Below are positions 20,492-29,930 of a stretch of 64,000 bases of DNA, piece after piece. A program made the position numbers and the translations under genes. The stretch's first letter is position 1. Every line of letters starts with the position of its first letter. Under the pieces are notes generated by a model. It did no database searches, was not told the DNA's origin, and worked only from the letters and a program-made list of their open reading frames with translations. This DNA is from an uncultured virus (IMG/VR IMGVR_UViG_3300022921_000003) (taxonomy: Duplodnaviria > Heunggongvirae > Uroviricota > Caudoviricetes): the IMG/VR virus record IMGVR_UViG_3300022921_000003. The stretch is one strand, 5' to 3'.

Positions 20492-20885
20492 AATTATCTG
20501 TCTCCTCATTCTCATTCAAAATAAATGCACCATTGCGAAGATGAAACTTACGAGCCATCTCTGTCTTAGGTGATAATGTGACTAGACGTTTGAAGTTATT
20601 CTCAATCGCATAGTCTCTCAGTTCATAGATTATATCACGTCCTGCGCCTGGAGCATAACTCCATACAGTGTATGCGATACAGTTATCACCCTGTGGATGT
20701 GAGTACAGGGCAAGTTCTCTTACAGTTTTTGGAATATCTGTTGTAAATGCTGTGCATACAATGGCGGTAGGTTTATCCTCGCCAATGTAGAACATCTCGC
20801 CCACAGACTTGCGAAATGCATATGATAAAGAAGGACGAACAGGATCGTCCTTCACAAAGGTTTCATCACTAAGTACCTTGATCAA
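20475..20885 (-). CDS. GNAT-like conserved phage protein
   Basis: DDPVRP, YTVWSY..GAGR and VTLSPKTEMARKFHLRNGA. Confidence 0.55.
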   Translation of the reverse strand: MIKVLSDETFVKDDPVRPSLSYAFRKSVGEMFYIGEDKPTAIVCTAFTTDIPKTVRELALYSHPQGDNCIAYTVWSYAPGAGRDIIYELRDYAIENNFKRLVTLSPKTEMARKFHLRNGAFILNENEETDNYEYEL

Positions 20886-21016
20886 TTCAGTCTCCCAGAC
20901 TGCCTCAATAGGTATGCCAGTACATTAGACCAGTATTGGATACCCCATTCTGATTTAGATGCTTCACATGCCCTTAAAGCTGTCTCGGCATTTCCCACTA
21001 GACGTTCCCAGTTCAT
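20882..21016 (-). CDS. Small hypothetical protein
   Basis: MNWERLVGNA...; stop overlaps next start. Confidence 0.5.
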   Translation of the reverse strand: MNWERLVGNAETALRACEASKSEWGIQYWSNVLAYLLRQSGRLN

Positions 21017-21227
21017 TCTCTTGCAACCTCTCAACCACGTCACCAAACATGGTGAACATATCTTTAACCTTCGCAGATTTATCTGCTTGTGGGATGCAGA
21101 TTGCCTCTGCACCCCGTCCTTGTCCCTCGACAAGATTTGCATTCTCCATGCATGTGTTCATGTCTGGCATGTTCACTGCATACTCTGCACCACTCATAAG
21201 AGTGACAACCAACAGTGCCTTAATCAT
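20964..21227 (-). CDS. Small secreted/membrane protein
   Basis: Hydrophobic N-terminus, paired Cys. Confidence 0.55.
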   Translation of the reverse strand: MIKALLVVTLMSGAEYAVNMPDMNTCMENANLVEGQGRGAEAICIPQADKSAKVKDMFTMFGDVVERLQENELGTSSGKCRDSFKGM

Positions 21228-21490
21228 TACACCTTACTCCATCCCACCATATCGCAAATATACTTAGTCGTTCCAACCAGAACCATGTCACCCATCATTG
21301 TGCTGCGACAGGTCTTTCCACCAAACATGGGAGTCACATCTTCGTTCTCCCACCAACCGCAATCAATCGAGTTGGTGAGAGTAAATGCAATCTCACATGC
21401 ATCAATGTCACTCGTCCCATCAGCAACTTCGACAAGGGCAACGGTGCGAGCAAAGTCTTCTGCCGCACCGTGAATAACCGCAACCTTCAT
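21227..21490 (-). CDS. Hypothetical early protein
   Basis: MKVAVIH...RST.GD motif; SD GAGG. Confidence 0.6.
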   Translation of the reverse strand: MKVAVIHGAAEDFARTVALVEVADGTSDIDACEIAFTLTNSIDCGWWENEDVTPMFGGKTCRSTMMGDMVLVGTTKYICDMVGWSKV

Positions 21491-21843
21491 CAGATCACCT
21501 CTACCGGCTTGTTCCACTCACCAATCTTGATATCGTTGTACCAAGCGGTATCGAAATAGTCAGTCATCGAATCACTCCGATCATACCAGTTTATACCCTT
21601 CATGGCAGCAAGCAATTCCATCAAGAAATTCTTTGCAAGACCATCAAACCATCCGAGATGGTAGACGTTCACACCGTTTTCAATCTCTTTGTCAGTGAAG
21701 AGTCCAGCAGGAATCTTCCGAAGGGTCACAACCAGAGTGCTGCCATTGTTAACCTTGATGGTTCCCTTGACACCGTACTCAGCAAGAACCTTCTTGATTG
21801 CAGGGGCAAGTTCTTTCTTCGTCTCTTTACTCACATAAGCCAT
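21490..21843 (-). CDS. Conserved hypothetical early protein
   Basis: WYDRSDSMTDYFDTAWY motif; follows early promoter 21894-21899. Confidence 0.7.
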   Translation of the reverse strand: MAYVSKETKKELAPAIKKVLAEYGVKGTIKVNNGSTLVVTLRKIPAGLFTDKEIENGVNVYHLGWFDGLAKNFLMELLAAMKGINWYDRSDSMTDYFDTAWYNDIKIGEWNKPVEVI

Positions 21844-21854
21844 TTGTCTTTCCT

Positions 21855-21899
21855 TCTCTGATTATGTCTAACTATACCACACTCAAACGAATCTGTCAA
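21855..21899 (-). promoter_or_regulatory. Sigma70-type early promoter module
   Basis: TTGACA-17-TATAGT-TAGACATAATCAGAGA. Confidence 0.85.
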
Positions 21900-21902
21900 C
21901 AA

Positions 21903-22196
21903 TTAATTCCACTTTTTCAAATATTTTTCATAATCATATAATCCTAAACCAAAAACTATGTCTTTGAATAAACGAAGTGTTTTTCTACCACCACCAGGCA
22001 AACGTAAAAACTTTATCTCCCATTCTCTCCATCGACTGTCATTGAGCATATCATCAACAGTTTCAACTTCATGAACCTTTTTATAAACCATTAAGACGTG
22101 CATTAACCGTCTATAAGTAGGGTTTACTCTTCCCTCTTCATTTAAATCAACTAGTCTTTTTGATTTTGCAATGTCAATCACAGTATCAATTTTCAT
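21903..22196 (-). CDS. Hypothetical early protein
   Basis: AT-rich ORF between two promoter modules. Confidence 0.6.
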   Translation of the reverse strand: MKIDTVIDIAKSKRLVDLNEEGRVNPTYRRLMHVLMVYKKVHEVETVDDMLNDSRWREWEIKFLRLPGGGRKTLRLFKDIVFGLGLYDYEKYLKKWN

Positions 22197-22206
22197 ATTT
22201 CATCTC

Positions 22207-22251
22207 TCTCTGATTATGTCTAACTATACCATGCAGGATTCGTTTTGTCAA
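22207..22251 (-). promoter_or_regulatory. Sigma70-type early promoter module
   Basis: TTGACA-17-TATAGT-TAGACATAATCAGAGA. Confidence 0.85.
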
Positions 22252-22257
22252 CCCCTG

Positions 22258-22794
22258 TTATGCAGCAACCGCAAATATTTCTGCGTCACTACCGTAGAGG
22301 TCAAACTTCTTGGAAACCAACTCACGCTTTCCAGACTTGGGGAAGTCGATGAACTTGGAATAGGGTGACTTCTTAGCATACACCGTAATGTCACGTTCCT
22401 TGTTGAGTTTGTTCCAAACGTAACGACCACCAGCAGACTGTGAGTGACCAGCCATCAGGGTGATATCCATCTTCTTCATGAGGAACTTATAAATCTTGAT
22501 TGCAAGGTTATTACCCTTGTAACGACTATCGACGTTCAAGAGGTCAACATGCCATGCACCACGCTCTTTCGACAGTTCTACCTTTGCAGCAATGCGATGG
22601 CGAGTGTCCATGTCACCATAGGGAGTGCGAACCCGTTTGGTTATGTTGCGGTCATAGACCCACACAACATTATATGTGCGTTCTTCTTTCTCAATGTAGA
22701 TATCATATCCAAAGGCACGACCTACAAGCTCTAGGTCTTCTGTGCTACCATAACCAAGGAAAACTCCCTTGTTCATCGTAATTCTGTCAACCAT
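22258..22794 (-). CDS. GNAT-family acetyltransferase-like protein
   Basis: VDSRYKGNNLAIKIY acetyl-CoA loop; QSAGGRYVW. Confidence 0.6.
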   Translation of the reverse strand: MVDRITMNKGVFLGYGSTEDLELVGRAFGYDIYIEKEERTYNVVWVYDRNITKRVRTPYGDMDTRHRIAAKVELSKERGAWHVDLLNVDSRYKGNNLAIKIYKFLMKKMDITLMAGHSQSAGGRYVWNKLNKERDITVYAKKSPYSKFIDFPKSGKRELVSKKFDLYGSDAEIFAVAA

Positions 22795-22809
22795 TTGTAA
22801 CCTCTTGAT

Positions 22810-22853
22810 TTCCGATTATGTCTAATCATACCATACGAAAAGGGGTTTGTCAA
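22810..22853 (-). promoter_or_regulatory. Sigma70-type early promoter module
   Basis: TTGACA-17-TATGAT-TAGACATAATC. Confidence 0.85.
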
Positions 22854-23057
22854 TCAAAATCGACTCGGAATCCAAGAAAAATTCACATCATCTAGCCAAC
22901 GCCATTCACCTGTTTTCAGTGATTTTATGGGGGGCAATGCGGGTTTGGGGTCCATACCTAGAACGCCGGGGGGAAGTTCTAGAACTTCCCACTTGTCTCC
23001 GTGTTCCCGAATACGATTCTTACCCTTGTTGGTGATGCCCTTGAGGGTGAGGATCAT
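22854..23057 (-). CDS. Small hypothetical early protein
   Basis: KGKNRIREHG..W motif; coupled TAATG junction. Confidence 0.6.
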   Translation of the reverse strand: MILTLKGITNKGKNRIREHGDKWEVLELPPGVLGMDPKPALPPIKSLKTGEWRWLDDVNFSWIPSRF

Positions 23058-23242
23058 TATGCCCGACCTCGACCATTCATATTCGGCATCTTTAACCCAG
23101 CTTTCTTGAAAGCTTCAGAGATACGCTTCTCAGGGTCTTTACCATCCTTCCAGACTTCCAACTCGGAAATGTCAATCCCTGCTTCTCTCATGATCCGCTT
23201 CTTGATCATCAGGTCACGAAATATCCAGTTGCAATTCATCAT
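23057..23242 (-). CDS. Small hypothetical early protein
   Basis: Follows promoter 23295-23300 and a purine-rich SD. Confidence 0.6.
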   Translation of the reverse strand: MMNCNWIFRDLMIKKRIMREAGIDISELEVWKDGKDPEKRISEAFKKAGLKMPNMNGRGRA

Positions 23243-23252
23243 AACGTCTTCC

Positions 23253-23300
23253 TTTTCTCAGTGTATAACTAACTATACCACACGAAAAGGGGTTTGTCAA
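23253..23300 (-). promoter_or_regulatory. Sigma70-type early promoter module
   Basis: TTGACA-17-TATAGT-TAGTTATACACTGAGAAAA. Confidence 0.85.
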
Positions 23301-23313
23301 CAACTTTTTTCGA

Positions 23314-23976
23314 TTATCGACGCCTTTTTTGCATTTCCCTTGCAATCCAAGACTTTGCACGTCCATTCGAAACCTTGTTACGAAGAAGACCCTGCACACG
23401 TTTCCAGACCTTACCAAATACGTCCTCACCAGCATCGTTGTTATCCACAATGATCATACCTGACCCAAAGTGGTTGTTGAACTTACCGATGTTGGACTGA
23501 ACGTCCTTCCAAGACTGAACGACGATGGATTCTGGAACACTTCTAGCACGTTGTGCATTGCGTTCAAGTGCAGTGTCCAGTGAGGTGTTTACGAAAATCA
23601 TATAGGTGTCGTAACCTAGTTCTCGTAACTGTTGAGACTGACGAGCAATCTTATCATAATCCCGGCCGGTCCCATCTATGATAAGTCCAAGGCGACCTTC
23701 AAGATAGTTTGCCTGACGAGCCTTGGTGATTTGTTTTGCACGGTCACGAACAACGTCTCTCTCCTGCTCTTCCTCTGGAGGCATCTTAAGAGATAGACCA
23801 GCATCCTTCAACAGTTTCTCGAAAGCATCGTCTGAGTTGACAATCTTGAGTCCTGTTCCCCCAGTGGTGCGCCTGACAACGTATGACTTACCGCTGCCAG
23901 GCCCACCTGCTAGGAAAAATGCTTTAAATATGTTGGGGTCGTAAACCCCTTCCTGTAGTTCGTGAAAACTCTTCAT
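23314..23976 (-). CDS. P-loop kinase (zeta-toxin/AAA_33-like)
   Basis: AGGPGSGKS, VNSD, IIDGTG and ALERN..R.R. Confidence 0.8.
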   Translation of the reverse strand: MKSFHELQEGVYDPNIFKAFFLAGGPGSGKSYVVRRTTGGTGLKIVNSDDAFEKLLKDAGLSLKMPPEEEQERDVVRDRAKQITKARQANYLEGRLGLIIDGTGRDYDKIARQSQQLRELGYDTYMIFVNTSLDTALERNAQRARSVPESIVVQSWKDVQSNIGKFNNHFGSGMIIVDNNDAGEDVFGKVWKRVQGLLRNKVSNGRAKSWIAREMQKRRR

Positions 23977-24171
23977 TTTGCATCTGCCCTTTTCTATATC
24001 CTGACATTTCTATGATGTATTTATCATTCTCTGAAAGTGGTTCCAATTCCATTTTACGTTCCTGCCTCTGAAAGTTCAATTTCTTAATGCGATTCTTGGT
24101 CTTAGCCATTTTATCTTCCTTTCGCTGTTTGTATTGGGATATAGATTTTTTTGAGATGGGCGTCTCCTTTC

Positions 24172-25587
24172 TTAGTATAGGGTGTTGATGATTTCTTGAT
24201 CACCCTCTTGAATAGGTTCTGGATTGGTGCTTGTGGGTAGTTCTCTGTTGAGAGAATCCTTCACTCCTTCAATAATCATTCTATGGTGAGAATTTGTATT
24301 ATCGAAGTCATGACGAATTTTTGTCACAAGAAACTTACCATTGTATATTCTATCAAACTTTTCGTTCTCTGTTGTTTTTGTTGATGCGGTATATGGAAGA
24401 TTGATATCTACTACATCACCAGCCTGAATATTAGTGCTTCCGTTCACAGTGATTTGTACAGTGAATCCAGTTTTAATTTGTTGCAACTGAGCATTTCTTC
24501 TCTGTATCCATTTCTCTGGAGAATTTGAAGAGAATGGATTTTGGTTGAATTCATCAACAACAGTATTGCTCGATCCAAACCCACTTGTTGGTTGCACAAA
24601 TGTTCTCGCGGGAAATGAAGAGATATTCTTTTTATCTTCTGTAATATAAACACTACTCACAATTGGAAAATCATCCTTATTGTCACCTTGGTATCGGCTG
24701 TTCGTTTTTTCAATATGCATTTCATCTTTAAAATTTGTCATATAGTTATATGTATGTTTTTGATAATTTTTAGAGATGATGTCATGAACATATAATGTAG
24801 ACGCATATGTACCAGACCTATTTGAAAGAATAGGATCATGAGCATTCACTATATTGAAACCCAACAGTGCAGAGAAATCTGCTTCGATATCAATCGCACC
24901 CTTTTTATTTCTTGTTCCTGCTTTAATTTCATAAAACTCTTGTTTGCTCTTTTGTGCATAAAGACTTGCAAGTGATCTAAAATGAAATCCTCTATATGTC
25001 TCAAAACACAAGTAGCAGGGATCATTGTGTTGTTTAGATATGGCCAGATTGGACATGTCTTGAATTAATTCAAAAGGTCTTTTATTTGGGGATATGATTT
25101 TTCTGTTATCTGCACTTGGTTCAAGATACAATCTTTTCTTGGTGCCAAGATGGTCTTGAAACACTTTCTTGACAATATCTGTGGAACTACCAGTGAGGGT
25201 GCGGTTAACTCTCACTCTCTCATTGACTAACGCCTCTCTGGATGAGAAGGAAATACCATATGCCTGAACACCATTACCCATATCTTGACGAGCAATGATT
25301 TTATTGACAAAAAGTGCGTTTTCTGTAAAATCTATAATTCTACTTTTATCCGTGTCAGACGCAGTTGCAATTTTTAATTTTAGATACTCTTGTCCAATCA
25401 ATGGAAACATTGATGACAGGTTGACCGAATCGGCAACCATCATCATTCCAGACAACGTACTTTTAGCGATGTCTTCGAACAAGGTCAAATTCACAATTGC
25501 ATAGTCAATATCAACTGTCTGTCCAGATGATGAAATGAGTTGTGAATACTGTATCTCAAACTGTCCTGCCTGGTAAATCTCAGACAC
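24172..25587 (-). CDS. Baseplate hub/tail protein (gp27-like position)
   Basis: LFEDI...SG...D...PLIGQE, FET..GFHFRS and C-terminal G...AGD.V...GKFLVTKIRH; adjacent to gp53. Confidence 0.6.
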   Translation of the reverse strand: MSEIYQAGQFEIQYSQLISSSGQTVDIDYAIVNLTLFEDIAKSTLSGMMMVADSVNLSSMFPLIGQEYLKLKIATASDTDKSRIIDFTENALFVNKIIARQDMGNGVQAYGISFSSREALVNERVRVNRTLTGSSTDIVKKVFQDHLGTKKRLYLEPSADNRKIISPNKRPFELIQDMSNLAISKQHNDPCYLCFETYRGFHFRSLASLYAQKSKQEFYEIKAGTRNKKGAIDIEADFSALLGFNIVNAHDPILSNRSGTYASTLYVHDIISKNYQKHTYNYMTNFKDEMHIEKTNSRYQGDNKDDFPIVSSVYITEDKKNISSFPARTFVQPTSGFGSSNTVVDEFNQNPFSSNSPEKWIQRRNAQLQQIKTGFTVQITVNGSTNIQAGDVVDINLPYTASTKTTENEKFDRIYNGKFLVTKIRHDFDNTNSHHRMIIEGVKDSLNRELPTSTNPEPIQEGDQEIINTLY

Positions 25588-26114
25588 TAAACTACACTCC
25601 TATTGATCAAATCATTAAACTGGTCTACAAATTCACTAAGGTATGAAGGGTCCAGTAGTCTTATTCTTCGCAAACTGTCTTGCTGTTCCTGTTCGAATTC
25701 TAGATTTGTAATTGGAGTTGCAGATGGGTAATCTGTATTGTCTGTCCCAATGTCAATTTTTATAGTGGTATCACCAGATGTTTGGAAAATTTCATAATGG
25801 TGAATTCCATCCACATTCGAATACTTATTTTTAACGTGTGCGAGAAACTGGCGTCTGCTCATAGGCCATTGATGATATCGGTCAACAATGTCATTCATCA
25901 ACAGAACTACCCAGTGATACTCACTGTCACCATATAACTTATGTGCGATCATTTCTGGAGTCTCGCCTTCTTTCACATCATATGTATCAAAAAATGCTCT
26001 GTTAGTTTTTGCCTTTGAACGAGCAACAATGCGTCTTAAAATATTTGTTGCTACTTTGAATTGACCATTACCAACAGCATCGTATGGAATAACTGGAAAA
26101 GAATTGAAGTACAT
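25587..26114 (-). CDS. gp53: Baseplate wedge protein gp53
   Basis: MYF..FP, GETPEMIA.KLYG...YHWVVLLMN, WP and HHYE motifs. Confidence 0.9.
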   Translation of the reverse strand: MYFNSFPVIPYDAVGNGQFKVATNILRRIVARSKAKTNRAFFDTYDVKEGETPEMIAHKLYGDSEYHWVVLLMNDIVDRYHQWPMSRRQFLAHVKNKYSNVDGIHHYEIFQTSGDTTIKIDIGTDNTDYPSATPITNLEFEQEQQDSLRRIRLLDPSYLSEFVDQFNDLINRSVV

Positions 26115-26116
26115 GA

Positions 26117-27250
26117 TTAGTAACCCTCCTCAACTCTATTGCGATACATGAGTTCGATTTCAGTAAATCTGAGTGTCATCGTTGTTCTTTGTGGTGGTGG
26201 TGAACCAGAGGCATCAGGTTCATATGCAGTATACCTGTCGCCGCCATACTGAACGTCCACGCCAGTTAAGTATGATGTTCCAATTTTGTTTATATGTGAA
26301 TTCTCTTTATCTCTATACATATATTGAATATCAAACACATCTGGAATAGACTGTTCTCTAAGATTCTTTGCACCTGCGATTTGACTTTCCCCATATTCTG
26401 GAGACATGTGGACTTTAAATAACTTAACAATCTCTCTAATTTTTTGAGACTCGGATGCACTTTTTGGAATCATGATAAAGGTGAATTCAAACGACCTTCT
26501 ACCAATCCCCTCAAACATCACTTCCATTCTTGGTGTGATTATCTTACCCCTCTCAAGAGCAACCAACTGAGAAAGGCCGGGTGTGAGGGCATTTGCTGCT
26601 CCAATGACTGCTTGTATTCCACCATCTATCGCAGCATCAACACCTTTTGTTAATACGTCACCAGCTAGGGATTTGGCAGCGCCAAGCTGTCCGCCATATA
26701 ATTTTTCTGCAATTGCAACTGCACCTGTTCCAGCTCCCACTAATGCCTCTGCCCTTCTAGTAATTTCTGTCTCTGCATAGTTTGCATTATATGAAACACT
26801 AACCTGTGGGGGCATATAGAGTGCTATTGACTGCACTATTCTAGTTGACGCTCTCCTAGACATTGTAATACTAGAGTTTGATCCTCTTTGTCTCTGGATT
26901 TTTTCTTGTTGTACTGCTTCGATAGATTCTTTTGTTGCTCCTTGAATGTTATCAACTATATCATCTACGTCTAGACTTGGTTGTGGTGGATTTGGTTTTA
27001 CCTTGCCTGGCTCGTTTGTTCTGATACCAAATAGAATGTAATGTCCCTGCATTGGATCAATAGCAACGTCATCTGGATAAGATATGATGGGTGATTGTCT
27101 AGATTGTGGTGCTAGTCCACCAACTGCATTTTGTGGATTTGCGCCCTTTAGTCCAGCGGCGATCCCACCAACCACTGAGTTTACCGCACTCCTTGCCATA
27201 CTGGTTGCTGCAGCCTGTGCAACGTTTACAAATGCGTCTTTAAGTGCCAT
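26117..27250 (-). CDS. gp48: Baseplate tail-tube cap gp48
   Basis: IALYMP, P..EVMFEG...RSF.F.F...PKS..E and L.FTE.E motifs; late promoter 27278-27285. Confidence 0.85.
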   Translation of the reverse strand: MALKDAFVNVAQAAATSMARSAVNSVVGGIAAGLKGANPQNAVGGLAPQSRQSPIISYPDDVAIDPMQGHYILFGIRTNEPGKVKPNPPQPSLDVDDIVDNIQGATKESIEAVQQEKIQRQRGSNSSITMSRRASTRIVQSIALYMPPQVSVSYNANYAETEITRRAEALVGAGTGAVAIAEKLYGGQLGAAKSLAGDVLTKGVDAAIDGGIQAVIGAANALTPGLSQLVALERGKIITPRMEVMFEGIGRRSFEFTFIMIPKSASESQKIREIVKLFKVHMSPEYGESQIAGAKNLREQSIPDVFDIQYMYRDKENSHINKIGTSYLTGVDVQYGGDRYTAYEPDASGSPPPQRTTMTLRFTEIELMYRNRVEEGY

Positions 27251-27289
27251 GTCTAAATATCCTTATACACTTTGAATTATTTATAACGA

Positions 27290-27733
27290 ATGGCATACAA
27301 AGGTCGATATACACCAGTGAACCCTAAAAAGTATAAGGGTGATCCACGCAACATAGTCTACCGCTCCTTATGGGAAAGAAAGTTCATGGTGTACTGTGAT
27401 AACAGTACGAACATTCTAGAATGGGGGAGTGAAGAAATCATTATACCCTATTTATCCCCTTGGGACGGACGTATTCACCGATATTTTCCAGATTTCTACA
27501 TCAAGGTCAAACAGCACGATGGCAGTGTCAAGAAGATGATCATTGAGATCAAGCCCAAGGTGCAGTGCAAACCACCAAAACAACCCAAGAGAAAGACCCA
27601 AAGATATCTAAACGAGGTCAAAACATGGGGTGTCAACTCTGCAAAGTGGAAATATGCAAATGAGTGGTGTTTGGATAGAGGTCTGGAATTCAAGATTTTG
27701 ACTGAAGACGAATTAGGTATCTCGTATAAATAA
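27290..27733 (+). CDS. gp4: Head completion nuclease gp4
   Basis: NP.KY.GD, YRSLWE, WGSEE, HRYFPDF, EIKP and N.AKW. Confidence 0.93.
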   Translation: MAYKGRYTPVNPKKYKGDPRNIVYRSLWERKFMVYCDNSTNILEWGSEEIIIPYLSPWDGRIHRYFPDFYIKVKQHDGSVKKMIIEIKPKVQCKPPKQPKRKTQRYLNEVKTWGVNSAKWKYANEWCLDRGLEFKILTEDELGISYK

Positions 27734-27737
27734 TACT

Positions 27738-28295
27738 ATGGCAGAGAGCAAATACATTCAGTCTGTAAAACAGGCAGCAGGAGAACGTCCACGTTCCACA
27801 GAGTGGTACAAGGACAAGATCAAGGAGTTTGGTACACCAGGCGCACTAGACTTGATTCGTGACGGTAAGCAGGCAACACGCCCATTCTTTGGACGATTGA
27901 ACATGTTTATCTATGACCCAAAGTTCAAGAAGACACTTCCATACTATGACACTTTTCCCCTCGTTCTTCCCATCGAAAACTATCCAGATGGATTTCTAGG
28001 TATCAATCTACACTACCTACCAATCCCCCTTAGAATTCGACTGTTGGACAGACTTGTAGACTTCTCAAACAACACAAAATTCGATGAGTCAACCACACTT
28101 GATGTTGACTATTCGGCACTAAAGAATGTACGGTTAGTTCGTCCTACCATTCACAAGTATCTTGCGGGACAGGTTAAGTCACGGTTTCGTAGAATTGATG
28201 CAGACGAGTTTACGATTGCGACACTACTACCAGTGCAGAGGTTCAAGAAGGCATCTGCATCAGAGGTATGGAAAGAATCTAGGAGCATGATCTAA
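27738..28295 (+). CDS. gp2: DNA end protector protein gp2
   Basis: YDPK.K..LPYYD.FPLV and GINLHYLP. Confidence 0.92.
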   Translation: MAESKYIQSVKQAAGERPRSTEWYKDKIKEFGTPGALDLIRDGKQATRPFFGRLNMFIYDPKFKKTLPYYDTFPLVLPIENYPDGFLGINLHYLPIPLRIRLLDRLVDFSNNTKFDESTTLDVDYSALKNVRLVRPTIHKYLAGQVKSRFRRIDADEFTIATLLPVQRFKKASASEVWKESRSMI

Positions 28296-29023
28296 TGGCC
28301 ATTCTACCAAACTTTCTAGAGGGAACTGCAATCGGTGTTCTCAATGATGTGCTATCTGCATTTCATTCTAATGAAGGATATGCACAACCAAACCGATATG
28401 AGGTAAATCTGTTTCCACCATCAACTGGTAAGACAGGAGCATCATCGTCATTGATGAACATGTCCGCATCTCTCATGGGTGATCCACAAGGTGGTGGTAA
28501 TGGTAGAGACGTTGGACTGAGATGTGAATCAGTAACCCTACCCGGCATCAATCTTGCAACGGCAACAGACTCAAATATCTATGGTCCAACAAGAGATATT
28601 GTAGAAGGTGTGACATATGCAGAAGAGGTCGCAATGACATTTTCAGCAAGTACTGACTTACAAGAAAGAGTATTCTTTGAGACATGGCAGAAGCAGGCAT
28701 ATAACCCAGATACATGGAACGTTGGTTATTATAAAGATTACGTTGGGACAGTAGAAATTTACCTTCTCGACAAACAAAACCAAAGAAAATATGGACTAAA
28801 ATTGTGGGATGCATTTCCAAAGAGTATTAACGGAAGTGATTTGAGTTATGGCTCATTTAACGAGAACCTAAAAACTACAGTGAACATGTCATTTAGATAT
28901 TGGACACCACTAGACACAAATGGTCAAGGACCAAATATTCTAAACAACATTATTGACACCGTTGCAAATGGTGTTTCAAGACAGATACTAAGCAATATAC
29001 CGAAAGTGCTTCGGAGACTATAA
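28295..29023 (+). CDS. Tail tube-like protein (gp54/gp19 family)
   Basis: PNRYEV, CESVTLPG, YYKDYVG, DAFP and V.MSFRYW. Confidence 0.75.
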   Translation: MAILPNFLEGTAIGVLNDVLSAFHSNEGYAQPNRYEVNLFPPSTGKTGASSSLMNMSASLMGDPQGGGNGRDVGLRCESVTLPGINLATATDSNIYGPTRDIVEGVTYAEEVAMTFSASTDLQERVFFETWQKQAYNPDTWNVGYYKDYVGTVEIYLLDKQNQRKYGLKLWDAFPKSINGSDLSYGSFNENLKTTVNMSFRYWTPLDTNGQGPNILNNIIDTVANGVSRQILSNIPKVLRRL

Positions 29024-29036
29024 AGGATGAAATATT

Positions 29037-29741
29037 ATGGCATTACCCAAACTAAAAATTCCAGAGTATGAACTGATTGTACCATCAACACAGGAGAAGA
29101 TCAAGTATAGACCATTTCTTGTAAAGGAAGAAAAAATTCTGTTGATGGCAATGGAGAGTGATGAACCAAACAGTGTGAGTAATGCGCTATCGACAATTGT
29201 TACAGAGTGTACGTTTGGTTCCGTTGATGGTTCCACCGCACCAGTGTTTGATGCAGAGTATATCTTTCTACAGGTGCGATCAAAATCTGTTGGTGAAACT
29301 GCAACGTTAAGTGTTGTTTGCCCTGATGATGGAAAGACCAGAGTTGATGTGACGATTGATTATAGTGAAGTTGGTGTTCAGATGAGCGTTGACCACACCA
29401 ATGAAATTCAACTGACTGATGACATTAAGATGTTTATGAGGTATCCAACACTTAGAAGTCTGAGTGGTTACGATGAAGAGAACGAGACTGAGAGTACACT
29501 GAAGATGATGCAGACTTGTGTTGATGAAATTCATTTTGGTGATGATGTTTATAAAAGGGTTGATATGTCAGATAAAGAACTTTCTGAATTCTTTGACGAC
29601 ATGACGACAGAAATGTTTGGTAAGGTACAAGATTTTTTTACGACTATGCCAAAGTTGCGTCATATTTTGGATATCAAAAATCCAAAGACGAAGAAGAAGA
29701 GTGAGTATATGCTGGAGGGACTGGCAGATTTTTTTATCTGA
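29037..29741 (+). CDS. gp26: Baseplate hub subunit gp26
   Basis: MALPK, YRPFLVKEEKILL, R.KSVGE, MRYP, MPKL, EGL.DFF. Confidence 0.92.
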   Translation: MALPKLKIPEYELIVPSTQEKIKYRPFLVKEEKILLMAMESDEPNSVSNALSTIVTECTFGSVDGSTAPVFDAEYIFLQVRSKSVGETATLSVVCPDDGKTRVDVTIDYSEVGVQMSVDHTNEIQLTDDIKMFMRYPTLRSLSGYDEENETESTLKMMQTCVDEIHFGDDVYKRVDMSDKELSEFFDDMTTEMFGKVQDFFTTMPKLRHILDIKNPKTKKKSEYMLEGLADFFI

Positions 29742-29743
29742 GT

Positions 29744-29929
29744 ATGTCATACATGTCTGTTAAAAATTATTACAAAACAAATTGGAGTATGATGTACCAC
29801 CACAAGTTTAGTTTGAGTGAAATAGAAGATATGATGCCTTTTGAGAGAGATATTTACGTTGGTCTTACAGTCAATCATCTTCAAGAAGAAGCTGAGAGAT
29901 TAGAACAAGAGAGTAATAGAAGGAAGTAA
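29744..29929 (+). CDS. gp51: Baseplate hub assembly protein gp51
   Basis: YY..N...M.HHK.SL.EIE.M.P.ER..Y motif. Confidence 0.85.
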   Translation: MSYMSVKNYYKTNWSMMYHHKFSLSEIEDMMPFERDIYVGLTVNHLQEEAERLEQESNRRK

Positions 29930-29930
29930 A

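Noticed and set aside
21855..23300. CRISPR-like repeats
   Set aside because: Repeats are promoter modules separated by whole genes; no regular spacers and no cas genes.
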